64,000 bases of DNA from Epiperipatus broadwayi (Eukaryota; Animalia; Onychophora): assembly GCA_028023455.1 (NCBI GenBank), contig JAQFVV010000003.1:26722001-26786000 (forward strand). Direction: 5' to 3'. Of the stretch, positions 38,222-50,236 are shown in pieces. The notes below the pieces were generated by a model. That model was not told the origin of the DNA. It did not search any database and was given only the letters and a program-made list of their open reading frames with translations. The stretch's first letter is position 1; each line of letters opens with the position of its first letter. The translations under genes were made by a program, and so were the position numbers.

Positions 38222-40437
38222 TAGTTAATTATTACAATTCAGCTTACAAATGTGTCTTATTTGAATACACTTATTTTCACAATATCGTCTAGGATATGTT
38301 TATTTTATTATTTCTAAAATATATAGCATTTAGAAAAGTAGAAAGTTATAAATAATTTGCAATATTCTTATGAATTGTTTGGACTTAACAATGGTATACG
38401 TTTTTATTTTTCAGACTTCAGAAAATATTAAAACTGTTGCTAGAACTGACTAGAACTTTTTTTTTTTAGAGTAATTAAGGTTTAATTGATTTAAAACTAA
38501 ATAAATATGATTTATATTTTTCGAAATGAAATTCATTTCATGGTATATATGCTTAACTTGTAAATAAAGCAATTAGCATTCAAAAATAAGATTTTAAAAA
38601 TAAAAAAAAGATAAAGAGTATTTTATAATGAAATACATTTTTTTGTGTTTAATTTTATTTTATTAGCATCTTAATACTTAGAGTAATTATGCCTCATAAA
38701 GTTTATAGAATTCTTACATTATATTCCTTACTACTCAGCATAGTATTACTCACAATTAAACGGTTTGCCATTTGCGAGGTTATATGACGTTCGAGCACTA
38801 GAACTAATGCAATCAACATATCTTTAGCTCTTGATTCTGGTTCTCTATTATTGTACTAATCCATGCACTGCAGCATAGTATTAAGGAATTCAAGAACAAA
38901 GATATCTGGATGGAAATAAAGATCTTGTTTTCATCAGTTTATTGAGATTAAAATCATTTCAATTAAAGTCTCAAAAATTAAAGAAAAAATCGTTTTATTT
39001 TCTGAAAAATAATATATAAAAAAGATTACTAAATTTATCATATACTTTGAAGAATTTTTAGTTGTGTTAGTCATTTTGATAGTGAACTAAGTTAATCTGA
39101 AATGATTTGTTATTTTTTGTATGTCTGTATAATATATTAACTTTTTTCCTCAATGTTTCTTAATGGAGTCTAGTTCATTTAGGCATTTTGCTCTTTATTT
39201 TTGTGTAATCCATGAGCCAATAAAACGCCCTATGCAGTTTAGTTTAAAGTTCCTATATTGAAAGTCAACCATTCATTTTTCTTATCAAATATCACATGAC
39301 TTCCTAAGCAACTAATCGTTCGATATTTTTTTTTATGTTTAAGTAAATGAAAAGGAGTCTCATAGTCTACTACTATTGGAAATGTTTTAAGAGATTCTAA
39401 AAACGAATAAATAAGTAATAAAAATCTGTAATATTAATAAAAATTGTTATGTAATAATGTGTTTGAGAAAAAAAAATTCAAAGGGAAAGAAAAATGTTAT
39501 AATAATATTAAATCACGCTGAAATCAATATTTACATTGATTGAATAAAGAACTTTTTTCCATTTTTTTTTTGTACATATATAAAATTAGTTTTAAATATT
39601 GTGCTAATAATGATAAATGATTCTATTAGCTGTATTATATTATTGATCAAGTTATAAAACTCGCTAGCAACGGCGCAAAATACTAGTAGTATTCATAATA
39701 AAAATTATAACGACGATTTGCTTCAATTTCTTTTTCTAAACAAGGGGGGGGGGTGAAATTATTTCGTTGTATCTCACTGAAGAAAGTTTTGTATAAATGA
39801 ACTAATATTAGAAAACAAACATTTATCATATGTCCTATTTGTCTTAAATATTTTTTCCAGTTTATCTCCTGAAGATGGCATTGTTATAACCCACACCTCC
39901 AGATTAGTTTCAGGAAAATGGTCTTCATCTGGGTGAAAAACTTTATTCTATCTGAAGCTACACATCCCATAATCATCTTTAACTCTTTATACTATATTTT
40001 ACACTAATAACTTGAAATTATAAATATAAAAGAAAACATTCAGAAGTTTTAAACTTAAGCCAACTTGATTGTAAATAAATGTGGCATTAAATCAGTATTT
40101 TAATGGTCTCGGTTTAATGTTCAGTGTATGTTTCTTTCATTCTTTGGTTAATGTCACACCTATGTAACTACAAGCAAGTTGTCTAGCATTAATGATTTTT
40201 TAGTCTTTTTACTAGAAAGGGATGCTGGTTATGTAAATACAAATTGTTTAAAGCTTTTGACTGATAAAGCTATTTGTCAGAAACTAGATTATATCACTTA
40301 TCACAATGATCTGGTGTTAGACTATTGACAATCATGAATTTAGACAGCGTATATCATTCTGTATTGGCAGTAATTTTGTATTTAGTTACTTTTAATTAAA
40401 GCTGAGAAAAGATTTCTTACCCACAATTTAATAGTAA

Positions 40438-41460
40438 TTATACCGTGCTTCGAACGCTTGTTGGTGAAGTTAGAAATATCAAAATTAAATATTAGACTTA
40501 GCGCTTTTGAGGTCTTTTAATTTGATATTCATGGCCGAAGAGTTAGAAACATTATGGTGTTGTTGATGAATGCTAATACATGCAAATTAATCTTCTTATG
40601 TAAAACAATTTTAATATATACAGATCAATCAGTTTGTTCACTTCTTAAAAATAGATAAATGTGTCTTTTTTATTAATGGTGTGTGGATCATTTATGATGA
40701 AGTATGCCTTCTTTATTTTTATTTCTTTTGCAGTCATTTTTCTTGGTATGTACGATCTCAGGGTTAGAGGATTCGAACTTGTGACTGTTTTTTCCCATTT
40801 CAAAAATATTGAAGTGTAGTTGCCATTATTTTGAGTTATTTTATATGCATACATATGTTGGTTAGCTGTATTATTAACAGTGATTTTTGTTTCCTCATAA
40901 TATATGGCACTGCAGCCTGCCTGTGGGCATGAGATCTTGTACACAATTTGAGGTGTCAAGCTAGGATCATTTTTGTCTTTGGAATTATTAATTAATCTAT
41001 TTGTGTTAGGAGTGTGTGGAAACCAACCCTTAATTTTTTTGAAAGAGTTTTTACAAGTTGTTTGGCTACTTTAGGGATGTATTGAAGGATTATTTGTGGT
41101 TTGTTTTCTGTTACATAGTTAACAGTTAATATTTTATTTTAAAATTGTTGAATTTTTTTTGGTTATTCTATGTTTGAAGCCCACACTCAATAGGTCTTTG
41201 AGGTAACTTGAAATGTTGACCTTCCTTTTGGTTTCAAGTTTACATAAGTGTTGATTTATATTTAAAAATGCATTAAGACCTGCAAACTTGTGAAAATTAG
41301 GTGAGTTAGAGCTAGGGTGTGTGTAGACTCTGACTTCAAGTGGTTTGATGATCATTCAATAATTAAGGTTTACTGTTTCTCTTTGTATTAGTAGATCCAG
41401 ATATTTCAATTCTTGCATTTCATTCTCCCATGTAGCATTAAGTGTTAATTTTGTCATTAA
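40438..41460 (-). mobile_element. 5'-truncated Penelope-like element (RT thumb plus GIY-YIG)
   Basis: LKYLDLLI, KPLEVRVYTHPSSNSP, IVYKISCPQAGCSAIYYEET and IKKAYFI motifs. Flanked by a perfect 17-bp direct repeat CCACAATTTAATAGTAA (40421-40437 / 41461-41477). Confidence 0.85.
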
Positions 41461-41683
41461 CCACAATTTAATAGTAACATATATATTGTAACCCTCACAT
41501 CTCTTTATGGGCATTGCTTTTCTTATGAATATTTTGCTTTATTATGTATAACAAAATATTAAAAGTTATAGATTAAATTTTAAAGTGTTTTTAAAATGAT
41601 AACAATAAGTGTAAAGATAAAATTTGTTATTGTTTTATTTATTTTTTTAAATAAAGAATATTTTTTAAAAACAAAAACATTAC

Positions 41684-41952
41684 TATGGGAATCAACAGAA
41701 ACTTTCTAAAATCATCTGTGTTCCAAGAAGTGGTGGGAAGAATTGTAACTACTTCATCATCATATTTTTTACTGTATAGAAGTCGATAAAATTTTGTAAG
41801 AATTTTAATATCATGCATTTTATGGAGTAGAGAACCCTCCAGAATGCTTTCACTGATCTTTCCAGTATTGTAGCTGAATATGGAGCTGTAGGCAAAGAAA
41901 TGCCTTAAAAATTTAACTTTGATTCTGCCAATATATTCATCACTATTCAATG
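41684..41952 (-). CDS. Candidate coding exon of an unidentified host gene
   Basis: Open frame of 89 codons between a pyrimidine-rich acceptor (TTTTCTTCAG) and a GTAATG donor. No TE motif recognised. No neighbouring exon confirmed. Confidence 0.4.
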
Positions 41953-43399
41953 CTGAAGAAAAATTTGATATTTACTTGTTACAAAAGAAAAACTTCATCT
42001 AAAATGATTATCCCATAGAAATCTACTTCTATAATTTAATCCCTGAATCTATCTATTTTAAATGCTCATAAGAAAATTGCAATGGAAACTTTCATAGGAA
42101 AACTGCCATAGAATGAATCAAAAGAAGCTAAAATATATTGCCAGCAGACATTAAAATTTAATAATTAATGACCATATTTTCACATTTATGGATACAAAAT
42201 ATATATGTGAGCTTACAAAGACATTAAGGTAATTAACTGAACTTTCTATAGCTATTCTCAAAGAGTTATAACTTACAGATTTTTTCTCTCTCATGTGTGA
42301 TTGTCATATAATTTTTTAATTGTAAATATGTAAATACATTTTTATTATGATTATCATATAATTCTATTTTTTAATTAAAGTTATTGTTGTTATTAATAAT
42401 TTTGTTGATTGTCATTTCTCACCCAAACTGATTATTTATTTCATTGATAGAATAAAGTATTAGGTGGTGAAGGTGATGATCAGTAAATATAATTGAATCT
42501 TCGTGGAAGCTTGTTTCAATATGGGTTCAATTTGATTGTTGCTTATGACTAGTATCGACTTGTCAATTAAAAATAAATTATATGTAGTCACTTCGCCATG
42601 TACACAGTTAAGTTAGTTATTTTTAAATTCCTCTAGACAAAAATTAATTAACAAAATTGTATTTTTTTATTTTATTGCTAACTTGATTATTATCACTTGT
42701 TAAAAGGGTAATTATCATTACAATACATATGACACTATTTAATGTGTATGTATATGCCTTCAGTAATTTTAAACCTTTAACACTGGGTTATTTAATGCTG
42801 TTACATTATATATTTATATTTCAACTTTCATAAGGTCTTTAATATAAACAATATTATATATACCTATTATACTAGTTTTGAATCCTAGGTAAATTTAGAA
42901 ATTTCTTTCAAATTCTAATAGGCTTGATTTTTTTTTTCTAGATAGCTGAAGCATAGCTCACTTATTTAATCCTCTAGTATTGGTCGATAAATGCATTTTT
43001 ATTCTTAGTTAGAGGGTAATATAAGAATAGAAGATTACTTAAAGTCTCATCACCTAACAATTGGAAAAGTTGATAATGTTTTCTCTTTCACTGTTTATTT
43101 ATGAGAGGCTTTAAAAGAGATCTTAATAGTCTATTTGAGTCCTTTTATCATTACCTGTTAGGGATTTTGTGATATAGAAATAGTGCATTCATCTGCAGAA
43201 TTTTATCTTTACTAAGAGCCTTGTGGTGCAGGGATAGTGCATATGTCTGGCAAATCTGTGACCTGCTATTCAAATCCAGGCTAAGGAAAATTTTTAGAAT
43301 TTCTTTCTCAGATAACTGGCTCATAGCTAATCCATTTAATCCAATACTGATTGATAAATGAGTATGACATCATCAGCTAAAAATTAAAACAAGGATGAA

Positions 43400-44400
43400 A
43401 AAATTCAAAGTCTTCACTAATCAACAATTAGATAGCTTGGCAAATATTGTCTTCTCCACTAGTTTTTTATAAAGCACTGTTGAAAAACCATCTTGCAATA
43501 AAATATTTTTTGAAAAGCCTGTTTTATACTTGCCTCAACTTATGGGCATCGAACGTGTGGGCATTTCAAAATCACAATGGAGATTGTGGAGTATACATTA
43601 AAAATGATCACAACAAAGTGATTATGCTGCTATGTGGCATAATTATACAGTACATGTCAACATACAATGCTGTTTTTTGTAGTTCACTACATTCTAGCTA
43701 TAATAAAAACCTTTAAATAATACACATTATAAATATGTACACCTCTTTAGTGCAATATTAATTTCTTTGAACTTACAACTAAATGTACTTATTACTAATT
43801 GGTAGAAAGTAATTTCATAAGTCTAGATAATCTTTTTCTCACTATATATATATATATATATATTCATAGTATTTGTTTTTGCATTGAAATGTCAGCTATT
43901 TCACTATTATATTTTTATTATTATGGTAATTCCTGGAAATAATACTGTGAATCCATTTATCCATGAGAATATTAGAATTGTCATATATATATATATAACA
44001 ATAAAAATAATAAATATGGTAATTAATTATTATATACAGTCTTTCAATCTGCATAAGTATTTTTGGTTAATCTCTAACTCTCCTCAACTGCCAATAAATG
44101 ATCCAGATTATGAAAGGACATGTAAATATAAATTTAAGTTTGATAATAAAAGTGTTAAGATTCTTCATGAAAAGAGAAACCATAATAAAAGAAAAATTAA
44201 GGAGGCTATCTTAGTAAATAGAAATAAAATCAATATAATTAATAAACAAGCTGCTAATGTTAAAATTCAGGATTCATGGGATTTGAGTTGATGATGTTTG
44301 CTTCCATTATGTTATGTTTTTTGAATTTAACATTAGTCAAAAAGGATTAAGGAATTAACCCAAAGTACTTTTGTGGATTGAAAGACTGTATTATAATAGT
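43400..44400 (+). mobile_element. Decayed Penelope-like element fragments
   Basis: DCGVYI (GIY-YIG N-terminal part, ~43590) and FKFDNKSVKILHEKRNHNKRKIKEAIL...W (GIY-YIG C-terminal part, 44130-44290). Confidence 0.6.
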
Positions 44401-44831
44401 TTTAATTAACAAACATTTTATTTTTGTGTATATATATAAATCAGTTGTGATTTGTGATATAACTTGATATTACTGTTTATGTGAATAATTAGAATAAATA
44501 AATAAAAATAAATGATCAAATGGTTTTATTGCTCAAGAGTTCATAAGAAATATGTGCAAGCAAGTTACAGATTGACTATTGCACTAATTCACACTTGCCA
44601 ATAATTTAATGGAAAGAAATAAAATAAAAAAATATTACAATAAAGCAATATTATTTATTCATTATTGGTGGTCATTGCTTATCCATTTTCTTAAATGACA
44701 GCAGAAAAACACTTTACATTAGTTTTTTTAAGAGTCATCTATGTTACTATGGACAGACAATGGAACACTGGATAATTGATTCTTATGGTGAAAAGTATTA
44801 GATTGCAAATATAATCATATGTGTAGAGATG

Positions 44832-44890
44832 ATAATCTGGACCAACTGATGATTGCTGGTTTAGCATGAAATACATATATTGGTGATTAT
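44832..44890 (+). ncRNA. Minimal type-I hammerhead ribozyme (near-intact)
   Basis: Stem I ATAATC-[TGG bulge]-ACCAA / TTGGT-GATTAT; core CTGATGA (44846-44852); stem II TGCT/AGCA with GGTTT loop and a T-T pair at 10.1-11.1; GAAA (44868-44871); 2-bp stem III with ACAT loop; AUA triplet with predicted cleavage after 44879. Confidence 0.75.
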
Positions 44891-46102
44891 TTATTTTTTT
44901 GACATATATGTGTTCAAGTGTATCAGTATTATGAGATAGAGTGGAGAATAGTGGGTAGTATGAAAGTCTGTGCTCATATACCCTATATATTATATACCCA
45001 TCAAGCTAATTATTTGAAAATATTCAAACACACTGGTTGTTGGCATGATGACCTAGTGCTCATTGATTACATATATTTACATAGACGGTCTTAGAATAAA
45101 TTGATGAGCAGTAGATTGCTATGTCAATGTGAATGTTAAATATGAACTAAAAAAGGCATATGATGCTCTACCTTAATATAAAGTTATCTTATATGCATTA
45201 CAATTTTTTAAAAATTGAAATATTTTAAAATAAATTATGGCTAAAGTTATACCAAACATCTACTGATTGTTTATATATATATGCATTTATTTATACACAC
45301 AATGTATAGTCTCATTAAGTACTGCATCTGCTTGCCATATCTATGATCTGGGATTTGAATTAGGCTTAAGTGAAATTTGATATATCTTTAATATCTATGA
45401 CTTCTAGATAATCTAGCTAGCTATCCACATTGGCTACTAAATGTGTGTATGACTATATTACCTAGTGAGTAGGATAAGAATAGAAAACTTCAAATCTTTA
45501 TTGCCTAGTAATTGGCATATGTAGTGAGTACTGCCTTCTTCACTGATCCTTTATAAAGGATTGTTAGAAGTCTTTGCTAGGAAGTGAATTTTATAATGAG
45601 TGCTTAATAATTTTTTTCAAGAAAAATTGTAAAACAATTATGTAAATTATCAGATAAAGTCCAATTAGCGTAGTTTTATCTCATTTAAGTAATGAAGTTC
45701 ATATTTTATATATACAGTTTATATATATAAACTCAAAAGTTTTAACACTGACTCTGTTTTCAGTAGTGTTGTAATTAAAGAATAAAATAGAACTTGTTAG
45801 GTTACTTTTCTGTGAAATTATTTTAATAGAGGCTATATCATTTTAGCTAAAGGTATATGACTTTCACAATGCAAGTAAACTAATATCTACAAGAATCAGC
45901 ATATGTTTTCTCTTGATTAAAATTGCTTCTCAGAATTCAACTAAATATCTGAATTAAAGTTAAATTACATTTTTCACTTAATCATATCATGGTATGGATT
46001 CTTTAATACTTATAGGAAATATTTTATTCTAATTACTTTCTCTGGAAAAAAAAAAACAATAAATAAAGGATAGCTGTTTCTTTATATATACTGGATATGA
46101 CA

Positions 46103-46426
46103 GTAGCAAACTGTCATACAGTAGTGTCACCAAGTGCAAGCCTTAGTAATCAATGGATGCATCCCTATCCAGTGCCTACTGATTCAATATTCCCCAATTA
46201 GTTTTCTAACTTGTGGCTTTCATTAGTAAGGAGCCTTGGACTTAAGAGCACTGCATCTAGATCTCAGGATCTAATGCAATCCTCCAAGACTCTCACTGAT
46301 GAAAGCCATAAACTATAAACTAGTCTTGGGGATATTGAATGAGTAGGCACTGGATAGGGATTTTATGCATCCATTTTATTACTAAGGATTGAACTTGGTT
46401 GCACTACAATATGGAAAGTTTGCTAC
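46103..46426. repeat. Imperfect fold-back (MITE-like) element, ~324 bp
   Basis: Ends GTAGCAAACT / AGTTTGCTAC. 46161-46180 pairs perfectly with 46342-46361. Confidence 0.85.
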
Positions 46427-46574
46427 CGTTGTTAACAACCTTTATCTAAGCATATGAAAAGGTGGTCATGTTACATACTGATTATGAAACAGAATTATAC
46501 TGAGATATTTAATATGCTTTATTGAACTTGTATACTTTAAGATGAAGCTATTGTCCAATATAAAACAATAGATT

Positions 46575-46632
46575 ATTTTTTCTTCCATTATATGTGTATT
46601 TCAGCTTACCAGCCTCATCAGATTTGACAAAA
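46575..46632 (-). ncRNA. Hammerhead-like core with degenerate stem I
   Basis: Minus strand reads CTGATGA-GGCT-GGTA-AGCT-GAAA-TACACATATA. Loop II and the post-GAAA sequence resemble the 44832 copy. Confidence 0.5.
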
Positions 46633-46844
46633 GTCTTGAAGATTTGCAATCATGCATTAATAAATATTCATATGTATGTATAGTGTATATTTAATTAGCA
46701 TAAACATGCATTACACAAAGTAGAACTCAATTTCTGGTCTCATCTGCAATCTTTCATGAACTAATATTATTATCATTGTCATCATCTTTATTATTATTAT
46801 TAACTGATGCCAAGTCTGTATTCACTCATGGTATCATATGCATA

Positions 46845-47443
46845 TTTTATAATGAGTATACCAATAGCTCTTCTTGTTTTCAGAATATCCCTATTCTCAG
46901 ACCAGTTTCTAGCTTTTGGCTTTCTTCAGTGAGGTACTCAGGACAAGCCCAGCATTTTATCTAATGGTTATTAAATATTAAATCAGAAATTTGCAGACAT
47001 CCACATGTCTTCAACTGCATCTATCTAACCTAAATAGCCATATGGGACTGAACTAAATTCAGACACCATATATTAATAGCTTTATCAATATAAAATTGCC
47101 AATGCCTCAAGAGCAAAAACAATAATTGCAAAGAAATCAAATCATATATCATGTGACAATTAATCAAATCATATATCATGTGACAATTTAATAAACTTGT
47201 ATTACAAATATTATATAATGAGCATGCCAATAGCTCTTAACAAGCTTTTCAGAATATCTCTATCCTCAGACCAGTTTTTTAGCTTTCAGTTTTTCTCAGT
47301 GAGGCACTAGGATATTTAAGCATTATATTTTAAATATCATTTTCAGCCATTCATATGGCTTCAAATCCAGCTATCTAACTTAAATAGCCATATGGGAATG
47401 AATTAAGTTTACATTCACTATGTATTATAGCTTTAACCTGGTA
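46845..47443. repeat. ~365-bp tandem repeat, left arm of a fold-back array
   Basis: TATAATGAG.AT.CCAATAGCTCTT occurs at 46848 and 47214. Orientation flips at about 47434. Confidence 0.85.
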
Positions 47444-49477
47444 CTCCTGGGTCTCTTTTTACACGGACTTATTTAACATGATTTTGAAGTTATGCGATTC
47501 GTCTTTCACCAGAAGTTGAAGTCCGATAATGCGCTATTACTTTAAATAATAAATTTCGCGCACTTATGTTATATTGAAAGTAATAGCACATTATTGGAAT
47601 TCGACTTTCATCTTAGTAATTTCAATATTTTCAGTGCTTTATAATAGTAAGATTTTATGCAATAATGAAATTAATATCATGATTTCCACATTTTATGTAT
47701 ACACACATTAAATTTTACAAGATTATAATGTAAATTTGTTCAAACATTGTGCGTGTTAATTTTGTATTTTAAATCACATTCTGTTTTTGCTTTAAAAAAA
47801 AAAAACAATCAATTATTAATCATTTAGTGTCTGCAAGTTTATTTTTAAAAGATCAGTAATAGCAGTGGGCACAATTAAAAATTAAAATCTGATTTTTAAT
47901 TGTAATTAACAATTTGAAAATTACGGGCGACTTGAAATTAATGTGATGTAAAACGAAATTTGATTTTTAAACGGAATTAGGTAATCCTGACTTTTAGCAT
48001 CCGATAACTGCGCCCTCTATTTTTAAAAAACTTAACTGTATCCAAATTGATATAAGTGTATGTAACTATATGTAAGTATAAATGGTAATAAAAAAATAAA
48101 AAAAAAGGAAAAAAAACTTACATTTACATGCGTATTTTTCACTTATAGCGGTCTTTGCTGTATATATAACTGCAAATAAATGATGTATATTAACTGTAAA
48201 TATTTTTACATAAAGAAGAATAACCAAAAAATGAACTTACATTTTTAGGAGTAGTTTGAACCTACACAAACGAGGAAATGCACGAAAACGTCACGTTCGT
48301 GCAGATTTCTGAAAGAAAATTCCTCCAGGTAGGATGAGAACATCCGCAACATCCATGATCTCATTTGGAGGCACTATGGTTGTGATAGGGACTCTACCTG
48401 CCATTTTTTATCAAGACAAAATTCCACGCGGTAAAGCGAAAGTAGTTCAGAATTTTACACGTGTCAAAAATGACATGTGAACAAAGTACAGTAGTTCATA
48501 ATTTTTATAGCAGGGAATTTTCGGGTGAGACTAAATACAGCCTAAAGAAGTCAGTTTTCTTATATACATTTTATTTATTAATCTTCATGTAAAAAATACA
48601 TTTATAGTTAGATATACTTTGCAATTACATAGTGAGAATGACGTAGTTCGACACACACGGATCCTAAATGTAAGTTTTTTTTTCCTTTTTTTTAATTTTT
48701 TCATTACCATTTATACTTACATATAGTTACATACACTTATATCAATTTGGATACAGTTAAGTTTTTTAAAAATAGAGGGCGCAGTTATCGGATGCTAAAA
48801 GTCAGGATTACCCGGAATTGAAAATTAAAGACAAAAATAAGAATTTAATTTTTAGTTGTTAGTTTTAATTAATTTTTTCCCAGCAGTGGTGAATAAATGT
48901 CTTTTTATTATCATAAGTCTAAGTTCATAAACAATTAATAAAATCATCGTCATCGTCAACAGAAAACAATTAACACAACATGAGAGTGAACTTGGCGCTA
49001 ATTGTATATTTCCTCTTGTGAGAATAATTGCTGAGATATTCTTGACTTCGTTTAAGGAGAAGCCAAATACATCACATCACATCACATGAGAATCTGATTT
49101 TTTACTAGTTTGCAAACGAACATCTTTTTGGCAAATAGTGATAATAATTAAAACGTGTATAAAAAAATTTGAATTACTGTACTGTAAATTATGCAGAAAA
49201 ATATATTATTTTGAATAAAATTAAATACTATAGTTAAAAAAAGTTTGTCTTGTATCATTTTTTTTCAAATTAGAAATTTTTTATTAGTCATATTTTATTT
49301 CCTTATTTTTTTTTGTGCGAATTTTAAAGTAATTTTACGTTGGTGCTTTGCTTTTACGCGAATTTTGAAAAATCACAGACCACATCCCCCCTTTTTCAAT
49401 GTAAGTTACGTCTATTTTTGCGCGATTTCATTTGCGCGTGTTTTCTGAGGAACCTATTTATCGCGTAAAACGAGACC
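47444..49477. mobile_element. pogo/Tigger-like non-autonomous element with TA TSD
   Basis: Left TIR CTCCTGGGTCTCTTTTTACAC; right end CGCGTAAAACGAGACC (terminal ~6 nt lost). TA at 47442-47443 and 49478-49479. Removing the element restores ACCTGGTATTTTAAATCTAATG, which is intact at ~49853-49874. Confidence 0.8.
47980..48812. mobile_element. Young non-autonomous TIR element, Merlin-like
   Basis: ~147-bp near-identical TIRs starting GGTAATCCTGA; 8-bp TSD CGGAATTA / CGGAATTG. GG ends with an 8-bp TSD fit the Merlin superfamily. Confidence 0.75.
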
Positions 49478-50050
49478 TATTTTAAATCTAATGCTTGAAT
49501 ATCATAGCACCTCACTGAGGAAAGCCAAAATACAGAAACTGTTCTGAGGATAACGATATTCTGAAAAGCTTGTTAAGAGATACTGGCATACTCATTATAT
49601 AACATTAGTAATACAAGCTTATTAAATTTAATCATGTGATATATGACAATATTTATTTGCAATTATTGTTTTTGCTCTTAAAGATTTTGGTTATTTTATA
49701 TTTCCAAAGCTATTAATATATGGTATATCTGAACTTAGTTCAGTCCCATATGGCTATTTAAGTTAGATAGCTGGATTTGAAAACATGTGGATGTCTGAAA
49801 TTTTCAGGATTTTCTACTTAATAATTAACCATTAGATAAAGTGCTGGTCTTGACCTGGTATTTTAAATCTAATGTTTGGATATTTTAGTGCCTCATTGAA
49901 AAAAGCAGAAAGTGAGAAACCGGTCTGAGGATAGGGATATGCTGAAAAGCTTGTTAATATTTATTGGCATGCTCATTATATAACATTTGTAATACAAGCT
50001 TATTAAATTAAGTCATGTGATATTTGACTTGATTTTTTGCAATTATTGTT
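49478..50050. repeat. ~381-bp tandem repeat, right (inverted) arm
   Basis: Reverse complement of the 46845-47434 unit; TTTTAAATCTAATG at 49480 and 49861. Confidence 0.85.
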
Positions 50051-50236
50051 ATCTATTTATATTACTATTTTTATATTTATTCATTTTTAAAACTATATTT
50101 TTTATATTTTGCTATTTGAGAGTTGCTGTTTATAAATGTTTACATGTAAGCTTCTAGTACAAGATTTTTTTTTGTTTGGAGTTTACAAATAATTGTAATA
50201 TATTTTGTATTTACTTCATGGAATAAATAAATTGAA

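Noticed and set aside
39775-39950. Minus-strand open frame (NKVFHPDEDHFPETNLEVW...) and a CAGATGA...GAAAC motif
   Set aside because: Neither the exon reading nor the ribozyme reading has enough support; the core U4 is mutated and there is no clear donor.
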